A stretch of DNA of 64,000 nucleotides from an uncultured virus (IMG/VR IMGVR_UViG_3300032019_000120) (taxonomy: Duplodnaviria > Heunggongvirae > Uroviricota > Caudoviricetes). The notes under the pieces are model-generated. The model was not told where the DNA came from, searched no databases, and saw only the letters and a list, made by a program, of their open reading frames with translations. Location of the stretch: IMG/VR virus record IMGVR_UViG_3300032019_000120. The stretch is one strand, 5' to 3'. A program made the position numbers and the translations under genes. Positions within the stretch are counted from its first letter, which is position 1; each line of letters opens with the position of its first letter. Below are positions 1 through 9,389 of the stretch, piece after piece.

Positions 1-2543
1 CTAAATTAGATGGTATAGAAACTGGAGCAACAGCAGATCAAACTAAGGCTGATATAGAAGGTCTTGGTATTGATTTACCAGCGGCTAACCTTACTGGAAC
101 AATTGCAGCGGCTAGACTATCGACTGCAACTACTCAGCTTGAGAGTGATGATAGTACTAAAATAGCTACGACTGCATACGTTGTTGATAAGATTACCACT
201 CTTATTGGTGGTGCACCAAGTACACTAAACGATTTGAATGAATTGGCAGCAGCTATTAATGATGACGCTGCTTACAACACTACATTAACTACAGCGTTAG
301 CTACTAAGCTTCCTAAAGCTGGCGGTGCCATGACTGGTGCCATTACAACCAACTCCACATTTGATGGACGAGATGTAGCTACTGATGGTACTAAGTTAGA
401 TACAGTAGAAACTAATGCTGATGTAACGGATACCACAAACGTAACCGATGCTGGCGCATTAATGGATTCTGAAGTAACCAATCTATCCCAAGTTAAAGCA
501 TTTGATAGCAGTGATTATGCTACCGCTGCTCAAGGAACTACTGCTGATGATGCATTACCCCTAGCTGGTGGTACACTCACTGGTGCATTGACAGGAACTT
601 CAGGAACCTTTAGTGGCGATATGGATGTTAATAAGCTCGTGATGCGTGATATGGGTGACTATATAACATTCTATGGCACTAATACCGCAAACCACTCCAT
701 TTCCTCACGAAACAATGTGGGTGATGCGGCCGACGATTTGAGAATTAACAGTTATGGCGCTCTATATGTAAATCTCGATTCAAATGATAACAACACTTCT
801 GGCGCTGATTTCGTAATTGGTAATCACGGTTCATCCAATAGTACACTCTCTGAATTGTTTAGGGTGTCAGGTGAAACTGGAAACCTAACTTTATCAGGCA
901 CAGTAGACGGACGTGATGTTGCTACTGATGGTTCTAAGTTAGATGGTATTGAATCAGGTGCAGATGTAACGGATACAACAAACGTAACCGATGCTGGTGC
1001 TTTGATGGATAGTGAAGTTACTAATCTAGCCCAAGTTAAAGCATTTGATAGCAGTGATTATGCTACCGCTACTCAAGGAACTACTGCAGATGATGCATTG
1101 CCTAAAGCTGGTGGAGCAATGACTGGTAATTTAGATCTTGGCGATTGGGACTATTTACGGTTGGGTGATGGTAATGATTTAAAGATTGTTCATGATGGTA
1201 GTGACTCTCTTATACAAAATACAGGCACAGGCTCATTAGTATTATCCACTACAATACTTAATGTACTGAACGGTAGTGTTACTGAGTATATGTTGAAAGC
1301 TACAGAGAATAGTTCAGTTGACATATATTATGACGGTGTAAAAAAACTAGCCACAACCTCAACAGGTATTGATGTTACTGGTAACATTACTGTATCAGGA
1401 ACAGTAGACGGCCGAGATGTTGCTACTGATGGTTCTAAGTTAGATGGTATTGAATCAGGTGCAGATGTAACTGATGCTACTAATGTAGCTTCAGCTGGTG
1501 CTGTTATGGAAGGCGATACAACAACTGCTTCGATGAGTTTTGTTATTGATGAAGACAACATGGTTTCTGACTTAGCGACTAAGATACCTACACAACAATC
1601 AGTTAAAGCATATGTTGATTCACAAGTAGCATCAAAAGATAATACTGATGAGATTACAGAAGGTTCAACTAACTTATACTTTACAGATACTAGAGCAAGA
1701 GGTGCTGTTTCAGTTACTGATTCGGGTGGTGATGGTTCACTAGCATATAACTCAGGTACTGGTGTAGTAACATATACTGGTCCAAGTGCTTCAGATGTAA
1801 GAGCTCATTTCTCAGGTGGTACTGGTGTAAGTATTTCATCAGGAACAGTTGCTATTGGTCAAGCGGTAGGAACAAGTGATGATGTGACATTTGGTACAGT
1901 TGATACTGGTATTCTTGAAGTTGATTCTAAGAAGATATTAGATATGCCTTCAAACTCTAATGATAGAGGTCCGTGGAATCCTATAGTAACAGCCATGAGA
2001 AATTCAGGTACTAAAATACACAGAGATGAAGACTTTGATAATGGATTAAATGGTGTTGTTCTATACAACAATTCAGGTGGTGGTACGGTGGCAGTATCTC
2101 GTGTTACAGATGCCTCTGAATCACTAATAGCACCAAACCATTCGGGTTATGTTGTGAAGATTGTTAGTAATGGTGGTACTACATCACCTGGTCTTGGTGG
2201 ATTTCAACAACCAATTGCCGCTGAAGAGAATCACACATTTGTACAAATATTCCAAGCGAAAATCCCTACAGGATACTCTTTATCTATTAATGAAAACTCT
2301 CAAGGTACTAACAATACGTCTTATTGGATGACTAATTCTGTAGGAACTGGAAAATGGGAATGGTATGCTAGAGTATCACATTGTGGTGATTCAGGAACAT
2401 TCTCTAGTGGTGGCCACGTATCTCTAAGTGGATCCGCCGGAGCCGTTACATGGCATCTTGCATCTTGTACTGTCGTTGATATTTCAGAAAGTCAAGACTT
2501 GAGAATTGATGTATACGACTCCACCGGAACTTTATTGAACTAA
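1..2543 (+). CDS. Tail fibre / long-fibre structural protein, 5'-truncated by window edge
   Basis: Frame is open from nt 3 (KLDGIETGATADQT...), upstream of the listed 234 start. Fibre-type motifs GAPSTLNDLNELAAAINDD, LPKAGGAMTG and repeated DGRDVATDGSKLDGIE; Gly/Thr/Asp-rich; globular C-terminal domain. Confidence 0.8.
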   Translation, partial: KLDGIETGATADQTKADIEGLGIDLPAANLTGTIAAARLSTATTQLESDDSTKIATTAYVVDKITTLIGGAPSTLNDLNELAAAINDDAAYNTTLTTALATKLPKAGGAMTGAITTNSTFDGRDVATDGTKLDTVETNADVTDTTNVTDAGALMDSEVTNLSQVKAFDSSDYATAAQGTTADDALPLAGGTLTGALTGTSGTFSGDMDVNKLVMRDMGDYITFYGTNTANHSISSRNNVGDAADDLRINSYGALYVNLDSNDNNTSGADFVIGNHGSSNSTLSELFRVSGETGNLTLSGTVDGRDVATDGSKLDGIESGADVTDTTNVTDAGALMDSEVTNLAQVKAFDSSDYATATQGTTADDALPKAGGAMTGNLDLGDWDYLRLGDGNDLKIVHDGSDSLIQNTGTGSLVLSTTILNVLNGSVTEYMLKATENSSVDIYYDGVKKLATTSTGIDVTGNITVSGTVDGRDVATDGSKLDGIESGADVTDATNVASAGAVMEGDTTTASMSFVIDEDNMVSDLATKIPTQQSVKAYVDSQVASKDNTDEITEGSTNLYFTDTRARGAVSVTDSGGDGSLAYNSGTGVVTYTGPSASDVRAHFSGGTGVSISSGTVAIGQAVGTSDDVTFGTVDTGILEVDSKKILDMPSNSNDRGPWNPIVTAMRNSGTKIHRDEDFDNGLNGVVLYNNSGGGTVAVSRVTDASESLIAPNHSGYVVKIVSNGGTTSPGLGGFQQPIAAEENHTFVQIFQAKIPTGYSLSINENSQGTNNTSYWMTNSVGTGKWEWYARVSHCGDSGTFSSGGHVSLSGSAGAVTWHLASCTVVDISESQDLRIDVYDSTGTLLN
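363..1500 (+). repeat. Intragenic direct repeats: ~197-bp units at 363-559 and 906-1102, partial copy at 1407-~1500
   Basis: Near-identical DNA and peptide (DGRDVATDG.KLD..E..ADVTDTTNVTDAGALMDSEVTNL.QVKAFDSSDYATA.QGTTADDALP); copies 2 and 3 share a ~55-nt perfect match. Confidence 0.9.
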
Positions 2544-3694
2544 ATCTGTTCTTGATTTTCGATCAGATTATCTAATACTAAATCAGGCTTGAATACACTT
2601 GTTAAACCTAACACATAGTTGTTAAAGAATACAAGTGTATTTAAAGTCGAATTACCAATCAACCTGAACAATGCGTCTCTTTGTTGATTACCAGCTTCTC
2701 CAATTACCCACTCATACTTTCCAACTTTAGCTTCAATAGCTGCCATTGCTTCAGGGTCATTAGCCATATTCTGTAATGCTGTTCTTAACAATTCAAGATT
2801 AGGATTACCTTTATTCACCCATAATGCTTTCTGAACACCATCTCTCCATGACTTAACCAACTTATAAGCTGCATAAAACTCTTTAGCTTCAGGCTTCATC
2901 ATAGGGTCATCAGGATACATACCCCATCTCTGAAAGTATAATTCTTCCAATTGGAATCCAGGGTAGTTCGGATCATCTAAGTGCTTACCTGATACCCAAT
3001 CAAGAATACCATGATGGAACCAAAGCTCTGCTTCCTCATTAGACTCTACGTGCTTCTTATATGCTGCAGGATTCTCTCTAGTAGCATTTAACTCTCCCCT
3101 CTTAAAGGCAAGACGTCTTTCTGAACCAGACATTCCATTAACCCAAGTAACATGGTCTACAAAGCATTGACCATATTCTTCTAAAGTCATATTTGGTCCA
3201 CATAGTAATAATGTAATAGCATATGCTTCTGGAACCATACCTGAACCAGCAGCAAATGATGGATTATTGCCATCTGTACCTTTTAGCTTTCCTACAATAA
3301 TATTAAGATTCATTAAGCCTACGCTTTCATAGTCTCTATAATCATAATCAACATTCTCTTGTAAGAACGATACTCCATTACCACCATGACTTACCATTAC
3401 GTGATTATCATCATATCTAAGAGTATTATGGAACTCATTAAATCCCGGAATGTCTCTAGCACCAGGAATATGCTTAATAATTATATCTCGCCCTTCAAGA
3501 TATGGCCCTAATTGTTCTGCGACAATCTGTGCCCACACACTGGTACCACTACCAGGTTTTTGAGGGACAACTAGAACAATGGGTTCATTCTCCTTAAAAT
3601 GCTTTTCAAATAAATCCACACTATAGATGCCAATGACACCTAATAGTGGAATAATAATCATCAGTTTAAGAACAGTTCTTAAAATGTTTTTCAT
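2540..3694 (-). CDS. TctC/Bug-like tripartite tricarboxylate transporter substrate-binding protein
   Basis: N-terminal hydrophobic anchor, then IVLVVPQKPGSGTSVWAQ (Bug-type VP..PGG.TD..AR) and IIIKHIPGA; adjacent to a TctA-like gene. Confidence 0.7.
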   Translation of the reverse strand: MKNILRTVLKLMIIIPLLGVIGIYSVDLFEKHFKENEPIVLVVPQKPGSGTSVWAQIVAEQLGPYLEGRDIIIKHIPGARDIPGFNEFHNTLRYDDNHVMVSHGGNGVSFLQENVDYDYRDYESVGLMNLNIIVGKLKGTDGNNPSFAAGSGMVPEAYAITLLLCGPNMTLEEYGQCFVDHVTWVNGMSGSERRLAFKRGELNATRENPAAYKKHVESNEEAELWFHHGILDWVSGKHLDDPNYPGFQLEELYFQRWGMYPDDPMMKPEAKEFYAAYKLVKSWRDGVQKALWVNKGNPNLELLRTALQNMANDPEAMAAIEAKVGKYEWVIGEAGNQQRDALFRLIGNSTLNTLVFFNNYVLGLTSVFKPDLVLDNLIENQEQI

Positions 3695-5118
3695 GTATAC
3701 TCCAATTTGTTTCTATTAAAAACTCCAAAATAACTAGTAGCCAAAATCAATATCACTAATATAATGAATAATGGTCTTGTTACTAATTGCTCTATTGTAT
3801 ATAACGTATTTAGTTGGATACTTAAAGCATCAATTCTATCAGCTAGAATGAATCCAATTACTAACGCCGGACGAGAAAATTTAAATTTTGCCATTGATAT
3901 TCCTAATAAAGAACATATCCCTAACATAACATAATCTTCCCATCCACCAGTATATTGTACACACGCCCATACAATGAACATAAACAATACTGGTATATAC
4001 ACTATCTTAGGAGCATTTACCAGCTTAGCTATATGTTGCGTACTAAACATACATACCATATATACTAGTATAGTTGCTCCCATAAACCCTATGGTGAGAG
4101 AGTTAAAGAACTTCATATCTTCAACTAAATCTGGTGTTCCTAACTCAAACCCCAAGTACATAAATAGTGCTAATAATATAGCTGCAAATGGAGCTCCTGG
4201 TATTCCAAACAATACGGTTGGAATCATAGAAGTAGCCTTTTGAGCGTTGTTAGCACCTTCAGGTCCTATCACTCCTTTAATGTTGCCATTACCAAAACTT
4301 TCTTTTGGGTGAGAAGCTACAGTGGATCCATATGCTAACCAATCAGCCATCGCTCCACCAAGACCAGGAAGTAATCCTATGATTGCTCCTATTAACCCTC
4401 CCCTGAGGGCATCCCACCGGTGCTTGAACACAACCAGTACACCTTCTTTTACCTGATCCCTATAGTCTATTATACACTTTTCTTGCTTGGAAGTCAACAG
4501 TTTTATCATCTCAGGAACAGCAAAAAGTCCAGCTATTAAGGGCATTAATTGAATTCCATCTCCTAGATAATTCCAACCCATGGTATAACGATCCGTAGCT
4601 GTAATTGGGTCTTGTCCAATTAAACCTAATGTTATGCCTATGATGATTGCAATTAAAGAACGAACCCAATACTTAGAAGATACGAATCCAACTGTGGCCA
4701 TAGCAAGTACGGTAAATGCCCATAACTCAGGTATTCCTAAAATCATAATTAATTGGGCATACCAAGGGAGAAGAGCGAAGGTTAATGTTCCCCATATTAA
4801 TCCATTTACAGTTGATGTAGTTATTGCAGCTGTAATAGCGTATGTTGCTTTTCCTTGTTGAGCTAAAGGGAAACCATCAACCATTGTTGCAGCACTTGAA
4901 TTAGCTCCTGGAATACCAAGAAGAATACCAGCGTAGGTATCTCCTGTTGTACTAGCAGCGACAGTAGCCATACAGAATACTACGGCAAGGTAAGGATCCG
5001 AAAAGAAAGTTATAAAAGAGAATAGGACAACTAAGCCAGTAGTGGCTCCAACAGCTGGAATTATACCGATTAATAATCCGTATAAGGTTCCCATAATTAA
5101 AGTAATCACTAAGGACAT
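3691..5118 (-). CDS. tctA: TctA-like tripartite tricarboxylate transporter permease
   Basis: Polytopic; GIIPAVG, ILLGIPG..SSAATMVDG.P, GLLPGLG, GPEGANNA and FGIPG motifs typical of TctA. Confidence 0.85.
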   Translation of the reverse strand: MSLVITLIMGTLYGLLIGIIPAVGATTGLVVLFSFITFFSDPYLAVVFCMATVAASTTGDTYAGILLGIPGANSSAATMVDGFPLAQQGKATYAITAAITTSTVNGLIWGTLTFALLPWYAQLIMILGIPELWAFTVLAMATVGFVSSKYWVRSLIAIIIGITLGLIGQDPITATDRYTMGWNYLGDGIQLMPLIAGLFAVPEMIKLLTSKQEKCIIDYRDQVKEGVLVVFKHRWDALRGGLIGAIIGLLPGLGGAMADWLAYGSTVASHPKESFGNGNIKGVIGPEGANNAQKATSMIPTVLFGIPGAPFAAILLALFMYLGFELGTPDLVEDMKFFNSLTIGFMGATILVYMVCMFSTQHIAKLVNAPKIVYIPVLFMFIVWACVQYTGGWEDYVMLGICSLLGISMAKFKFSRPALVIGFILADRIDALSIQLNTLYTIEQLVTRPLFIILVILILATSYFGVFNRNKLEYT

Positions 5119-5122
5119 ATTA

Positions 5123-5710
5123 TTAAGGACTATACAAGTATACGTTTATATCATGTTTTCCATACGCTTGGAATCCAAATTTAGTAGCACTAAGTGCTAA
5201 TGTCTCAGCCAGCTCCAAATTACTGTTTACTCTCGTAACATTTTCATTGTTTCTGTATATAAATTCATGTATATCTGAATTTTGTTTCTTGATATGTTTC
5301 CACATTCTCTTTTCATTTTTGTAATAGGGTTTATAATTGGGATAGGTTATATCAAATCCACCAGCTGACTTCCACCAATAAAAGCATTCAATGTCTGGAC
5401 GAATCACTAGGATGATAGGATGCCCTAATGTCTTTAAATAGTCTAGGTTATGAGCGAATGTGTGACTCTTAATAATTTTAGTGAGGGGAGCTTTCTTCTT
5501 AGTGAATGGAGCGTCCCAATATTCTTCATCATTTTCAAACTCCATACCTGGATCCCAATAAGCACCAGCATGCATCTTATTGTATGTTCTTTCTTTAGAA
5601 GAGTCAGAGTCATTTACTTCAGGGGAAGAGTATATTCCTAAAGCAACAGAGCTCCACTTAGAGCCTGGAGCTCCAGTTATAAGTAAATACTTTGGTTTCC
5701 TACGTCTCAT
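5123..5710 (-). CDS. P-loop/sulfotransferase-like protein
   Basis: YLLITGAPGSKWSS N-terminal loop, IIKSH and LVIRP motifs; ATG at 5710 overlaps the upstream stop. Confidence 0.45.
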   Translation of the reverse strand: MRRRKPKYLLITGAPGSKWSSVALGIYSSPEVNDSDSSKERTYNKMHAGAYWDPGMEFENDEEYWDAPFTKKKAPLTKIIKSHTFAHNLDYLKTLGHPIILVIRPDIECFYWWKSAGGFDITYPNYKPYYKNEKRMWKHIKKQNSDIHEFIYRNNENVTRVNSNLELAETLALSATKFGFQAYGKHDINVYLYSP

Positions 5711-6221
5711 CTTTTTTCCAAACCGCATATATTCTATTAGAGCTATCCCACTCAAGCTCTAGTACTTCACATCCATGACGATGTGCAATAATCTGATTAC
5801 GATCAAAACTCCAAGGGAAGAAGTCAATCTCTGAAGCACCTTTCCAAGGATGGTCCCCTATTCCAGGATTTTGTCTCCAGTATATACGACCACCAGCTTT
5901 TAATGATTGAAGCATCTTCCGTATTTGATTATTTATATTAGCCTCATCACCAAAGTTAATAGACCCTAAAGCAAAGATAACATCCCATTGTTCTCCGGCC
6001 GGATCAAAATCTTCAATTGATACAACTTCATCTGCCCTATCATTAGCTGGGTCAATTCCCCAAAGTCTCTTTTGAAAGATTGGTTTGAACAAGTTGTATC
6101 CACATCCAACATCTAGTATAGTTTCATCATCTCTAATTAAGTCTACTAAGGCATATCCCGACAACTCAAAATGTGAGTAGTTAGGTTTCCACTCTTCTTT
6201 AAAATATTTAATTAAGTCCAT
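5700..6221 (-). CDS. Class I SAM-dependent methyltransferase
   Basis: ILDVGCG motif I, GIDP motif II, WDVIFALGSINF, LKAGGRI. Confidence 0.85.
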   Translation of the reverse strand: MDLIKYFKEEWKPNYSHFELSGYALVDLIRDDETILDVGCGYNLFKPIFQKRLWGIDPANDRADEVVSIEDFDPAGEQWDVIFALGSINFGDEANINNQIRKMLQSLKAGGRIYWRQNPGIGDHPWKGASEIDFFPWSFDRNQIIAHRHGCEVLELEWDSSNRIYAVWKKDET

Positions 6222-7242
6222 AGTTCAGTTGTGCAGCGATTTTTATATTTTGTTTATGCCAGCTATTCATTTGCTTAATAAACTTCTTCTTGTCTATATT
6301 ATCTATATGAAAAGCATCTAACATTTTTCCAGACATAGCATCATCCATATCATATATAGTAAAGCCATTACTGAATTGGGTTACATCTTCATTATACTCC
6401 ACTTCTGGATCAACGTCAAGGTAATCTGTTTGAAATTCTGTAGTATTCATTATAGCAGTATCTACTGGTTCATCCCGACTCATGTTATAATTTTCAGGCA
6501 TTATTAATTGTCTGATTACTACCTCAAATACAGGAATGCCATTTTCCATAAGGGGACCTAATGCGGCTACCACTTGTTTGATGTCTATAGGAGAATACTG
6601 GCTATCCTTAAAGTACACTCCCTTAGTTTCTGGCCAGGAGTCTACCCTATCAAGGTCTTCATTGGATCGTTGATAATGTTCTTTGTCTATAAAGTCCAGC
6701 TTTTCTTTTCGAACTAATAGTGGACGGAGTTGTATTTTCATAACAGTCATCTTTCTACAGTATGTTTGCCATGACTCTTTCTTTCCAGGAATTAAAGATA
6801 TCTTTTTAGAGTTTGTAAATAATTCCAATACTTTAGGAGGTTGATGAGTTCGTACTAAGATATCTCTATCTGTATCTAATGCAGCCCTCATAGAATTAAA
6901 GTCTATGTAATTCTTATGACTATATTCCACTAATTGCTTAGCGAGGTCTTTAAAGTTGTTGATAGGTATTACTGAGTTATTGGTATCATATTCCAACATT
7001 GAACGATATATAAAAAAGTTACCGAATATATGACAAGGGGCCATAGACCTATTAGTTCGAGCGTCGAACTCAGCATCCTCTCTATTTGGAGCAAAGTAAT
7101 ATCTCTGTAAATTGTTCATAATAAACTCTCCACCACATCCTCCTTTATAAGCAAGGAATGTTATACGAGAGTTCATTTTTTTCAACCATGATTCTACCCA
7201 TTGAACTGAGGGTATATCGTCCGGATCTGTTTGTGAAAACAT
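6208..7242 (-). CDS. Hypothetical protein, possibly sulfotransferase-fold
   Basis: 344-aa ORF; FLAYKGGCGGEFI loop and LVRTH resemble 5'-PSB-type features; first gene after a minus-strand late promoter. Confidence 0.4.
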   Translation of the reverse strand: MFSQTDPDDIPSVQWVESWLKKMNSRITFLAYKGGCGGEFIMNNLQRYYFAPNREDAEFDARTNRSMAPCHIFGNFFIYRSMLEYDTNNSVIPINNFKDLAKQLVEYSHKNYIDFNSMRAALDTDRDILVRTHQPPKVLELFTNSKKISLIPGKKESWQTYCRKMTVMKIQLRPLLVRKEKLDFIDKEHYQRSNEDLDRVDSWPETKGVYFKDSQYSPIDIKQVVAALGPLMENGIPVFEVVIRQLIMPENYNMSRDEPVDTAIMNTTEFQTDYLDVDPEVEYNEDVTQFSNGFTIYDMDDAMSGKMLDAFHIDNIDKKKFIKQMNSWHKQNIKIAAQLNYGLN

Positions 7243-7243
7243 A

Positions 7244-7282
7244 TATAAATAATTATATCATACTATTATTACATTATTTATA
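7244..7282. promoter_or_regulatory. Crossed pair of T4-type late promoters (+ 7244-7251; - 7275-7282)
   Basis: Exact TATAAATA on each strand in the 40-nt gap between divergent genes. Confidence 0.8.
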
Positions 7283-8707
7283 ATGACTGATTTTCCATCA
7301 AATACTTTTTGTGCCCTCCCGTGGGTACACTTATCAACAAGACCTAATGGTCACATGCGAGTATGCTGTACAGCAAATGCTAGTGGTGTACAAAATCCCA
7401 ACTCTAATGATAAGATTGCTAGTGATATAGGAATATTAAAAACTGACGATGGTAAGCCTGCTAATCTTGCAAACACTACATTAGCAGAAGCATGGAATAA
7501 TGAATACATGAGGGAAACTAGAAAGACTATGATGAGGGGAGAACAACCCCAATCGTGTATTAAATGTTTTAAAGAAGAGGCTGCGGGACATCAATCCAAA
7601 AGACAATGGGAAACTAGAAAGTGGATTAATAAACTTGGATTAGATTCTGTATTAGAAGGTTATGATGAAGAAACTGGAGAGGTTCCTCCTCAAATAAGAT
7701 ATGTAGATTTAAGACTCGGATCTAAGTGTCAGTTAGCATGTGTTATGTGTTCTCCTAATGACTCGTCTGGGTGGATCGTTGAACACAAGAAGATACACCC
7801 TAAGCTAAAGAACCGCAATCTTGAAAAGACTATGCGGTGGGAAAAGGAAACTGGTAAATTAGCTTGGACTGGTGGATCGTATGCTTGGCATAAAAAGAAC
7901 CCTATGTTCTTTGATGAGTTATATGAACAAATTCCAACATTAAAACAATTGTATTGGGCGGGTGGTGAACCTCTTGTAATGAAAGAGCACTATGAACTAT
8001 TACAACAAATTATCGATGATGGATATGCTTCTGGTATTGAAGTAAGATATAACTCTAACGGATTAGAATGGGACGATAACCTATTTGAGTTGTGGAGTCA
8101 TTTTAAAGAAGTTATATTTCATTTCTCTATTGATGATACAGGGGATAGATTGCATTATATTAGATACCCCGCTACATTCGATCACCTTACGAGTCAGATG
8201 AAAAAGCTAGATGAATACCCCCACGGCAATCTTAGATTAACAACAGCATATACTGTACAACTATTAAATATATGGAGTGTACCTGATTTCGTTAAATGGA
8301 AAATGTCTAATGAATGGAAGCTATTAAATAAATGGCCGCAAGGTGGAGGAGTATTTGATTGTCATTTAGCTTATTGGCCCCCTCAGTTAAATTGTAAAGC
8401 ACTTCCTAAAGACTTTAAGTTAAAAGTGAAAGAAAAGTTTGAAGAATTCTATCCGTGGATGGAAGATAATTGGAAACTATCAGGTGCCCCCACAAAAGAA
8501 GAGTTTGTTAATGATGAGTATTCTATTAAGAGACTACAAGGTTTAGTATCATTTATGATGGCTGAAGATTGGAGTGTAAGACTTCCTGAAACTGCTGAGT
8601 GGTGTTATAGAGTAGCTAATGAAAGGAACCTTCCATTCGAGAAGATATTTCCAGAATTAACTTGGTTGAAAACCTTTCTTCCAATAGATTTAATTAATGT
8701 TGATTAA
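7283..8707 (+). CDS. Radical SAM enzyme with N-terminal twitch/SPASM-like domain
   Basis: FCALPW..RVCC..CIKC N-domain; CQLACVMC; WAGGEP; YNSNG; FSID. Confidence 0.9.
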   Translation: MTDFPSNTFCALPWVHLSTRPNGHMRVCCTANASGVQNPNSNDKIASDIGILKTDDGKPANLANTTLAEAWNNEYMRETRKTMMRGEQPQSCIKCFKEEAAGHQSKRQWETRKWINKLGLDSVLEGYDEETGEVPPQIRYVDLRLGSKCQLACVMCSPNDSSGWIVEHKKIHPKLKNRNLEKTMRWEKETGKLAWTGGSYAWHKKNPMFFDELYEQIPTLKQLYWAGGEPLVMKEHYELLQQIIDDGYASGIEVRYNSNGLEWDDNLFELWSHFKEVIFHFSIDDTGDRLHYIRYPATFDHLTSQMKKLDEYPHGNLRLTTAYTVQLLNIWSVPDFVKWKMSNEWKLLNKWPQGGGVFDCHLAYWPPQLNCKALPKDFKLKVKEKFEEFYPWMEDNWKLSGAPTKEEFVNDEYSIKRLQGLVSFMMAEDWSVRLPETAEWCYRVANERNLPFEKIFPELTWLKTFLPIDLINVD

Positions 8708-9350
8708 AGGCCCAATGCTTTTCTTTGCACCACCAACACCATGAACAGGGAGTTGTATAGTTATTAGTATCTTCTGCATCACCTTCACATGACCTAGTCT
8801 CTGGGAATAGAGAATCCATGAGATCGTGCTGTATATAAATCCCTGCTACTTCTCGTTTATCTATGTTTCTAAACGGCTTATGCATAAGAGTAGCTTCATC
8901 AACAAGGTCGTCTCTTTCCTCTTCCCTAAACTCTGTAAAGTTATGCCCTTGCATTTCAGATAGCGGTGGATTAAGTGTTATAAAGTTAAATGATTGAGTG
9001 AGATTGTGTTCTGTTTGTAAGTCATGATATACATCATGCCAAGTTTCATCAGTAATCGGATTATCTGGACCCCCTGGAATAGGCTCATCTATTACTTCAT
9101 GAGAAATAATAATAGTATCATCCATTAATTCATTTACCTTAGCAATAACTCTTTCTGAATGAGTGATGTTCCATGTTCGTGGATTGTCTTCTGGCCAGGC
9201 ACGTCGCCATGTAACAGCTACAACTCTATTAGGAAGATTGTTATCTTTAATGGATTTACATAATAAGTATAGTCCGGCCGCTGAATCTAATCCGCCGGAT
9301 ACCCACACAAGTATGTTACCGCTTTCTGGAATTGTTATATTGATTGCCAT
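8694..9350 (-). CDS. QueC-like PP-loop ATP pyrophosphatase (1 of 3)
   Basis: VSGGLDS PP-loop; KPF..IDKREV; TRSCE and C-terminal CSWCWWC Zn site. Confidence 0.75.
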   Translation of the reverse strand: MAINITIPESGNILVWVSGGLDSAAGLYLLCKSIKDNNLPNRVVAVTWRRAWPEDNPRTWNITHSERVIAKVNELMDDTIIISHEVIDEPIPGGPDNPITDETWHDVYHDLQTEHNLTQSFNFITLNPPLSEMQGHNFTEFREEERDDLVDEATLMHKPFRNIDKREVAGIYIQHDLMDSLFPETRSCEGDAEDTNNYTTPCSWCWWCKEKHWAFNQH

Positions 9351-9389
9351 ATAAATAATAATAATGAATTGACTTTAACTTTATTTATA
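9350..9389. promoter_or_regulatory. Crossed pair of late promoters (+ 9350-9357; - 9382-9389)
   Basis: TATAAATA on both strands, each touching the start codon of the opposite gene. Confidence 0.8.

Noticed and set aside
363..1500. Repeats as a CRISPR array or diversity-generating retroelement TR/VR pair
   Set aside because: Repeats are in-frame coding units with mostly synonymous differences, not adenine-specific; no reverse transcriptase or cas gene and no repeat-spacer periodicity.
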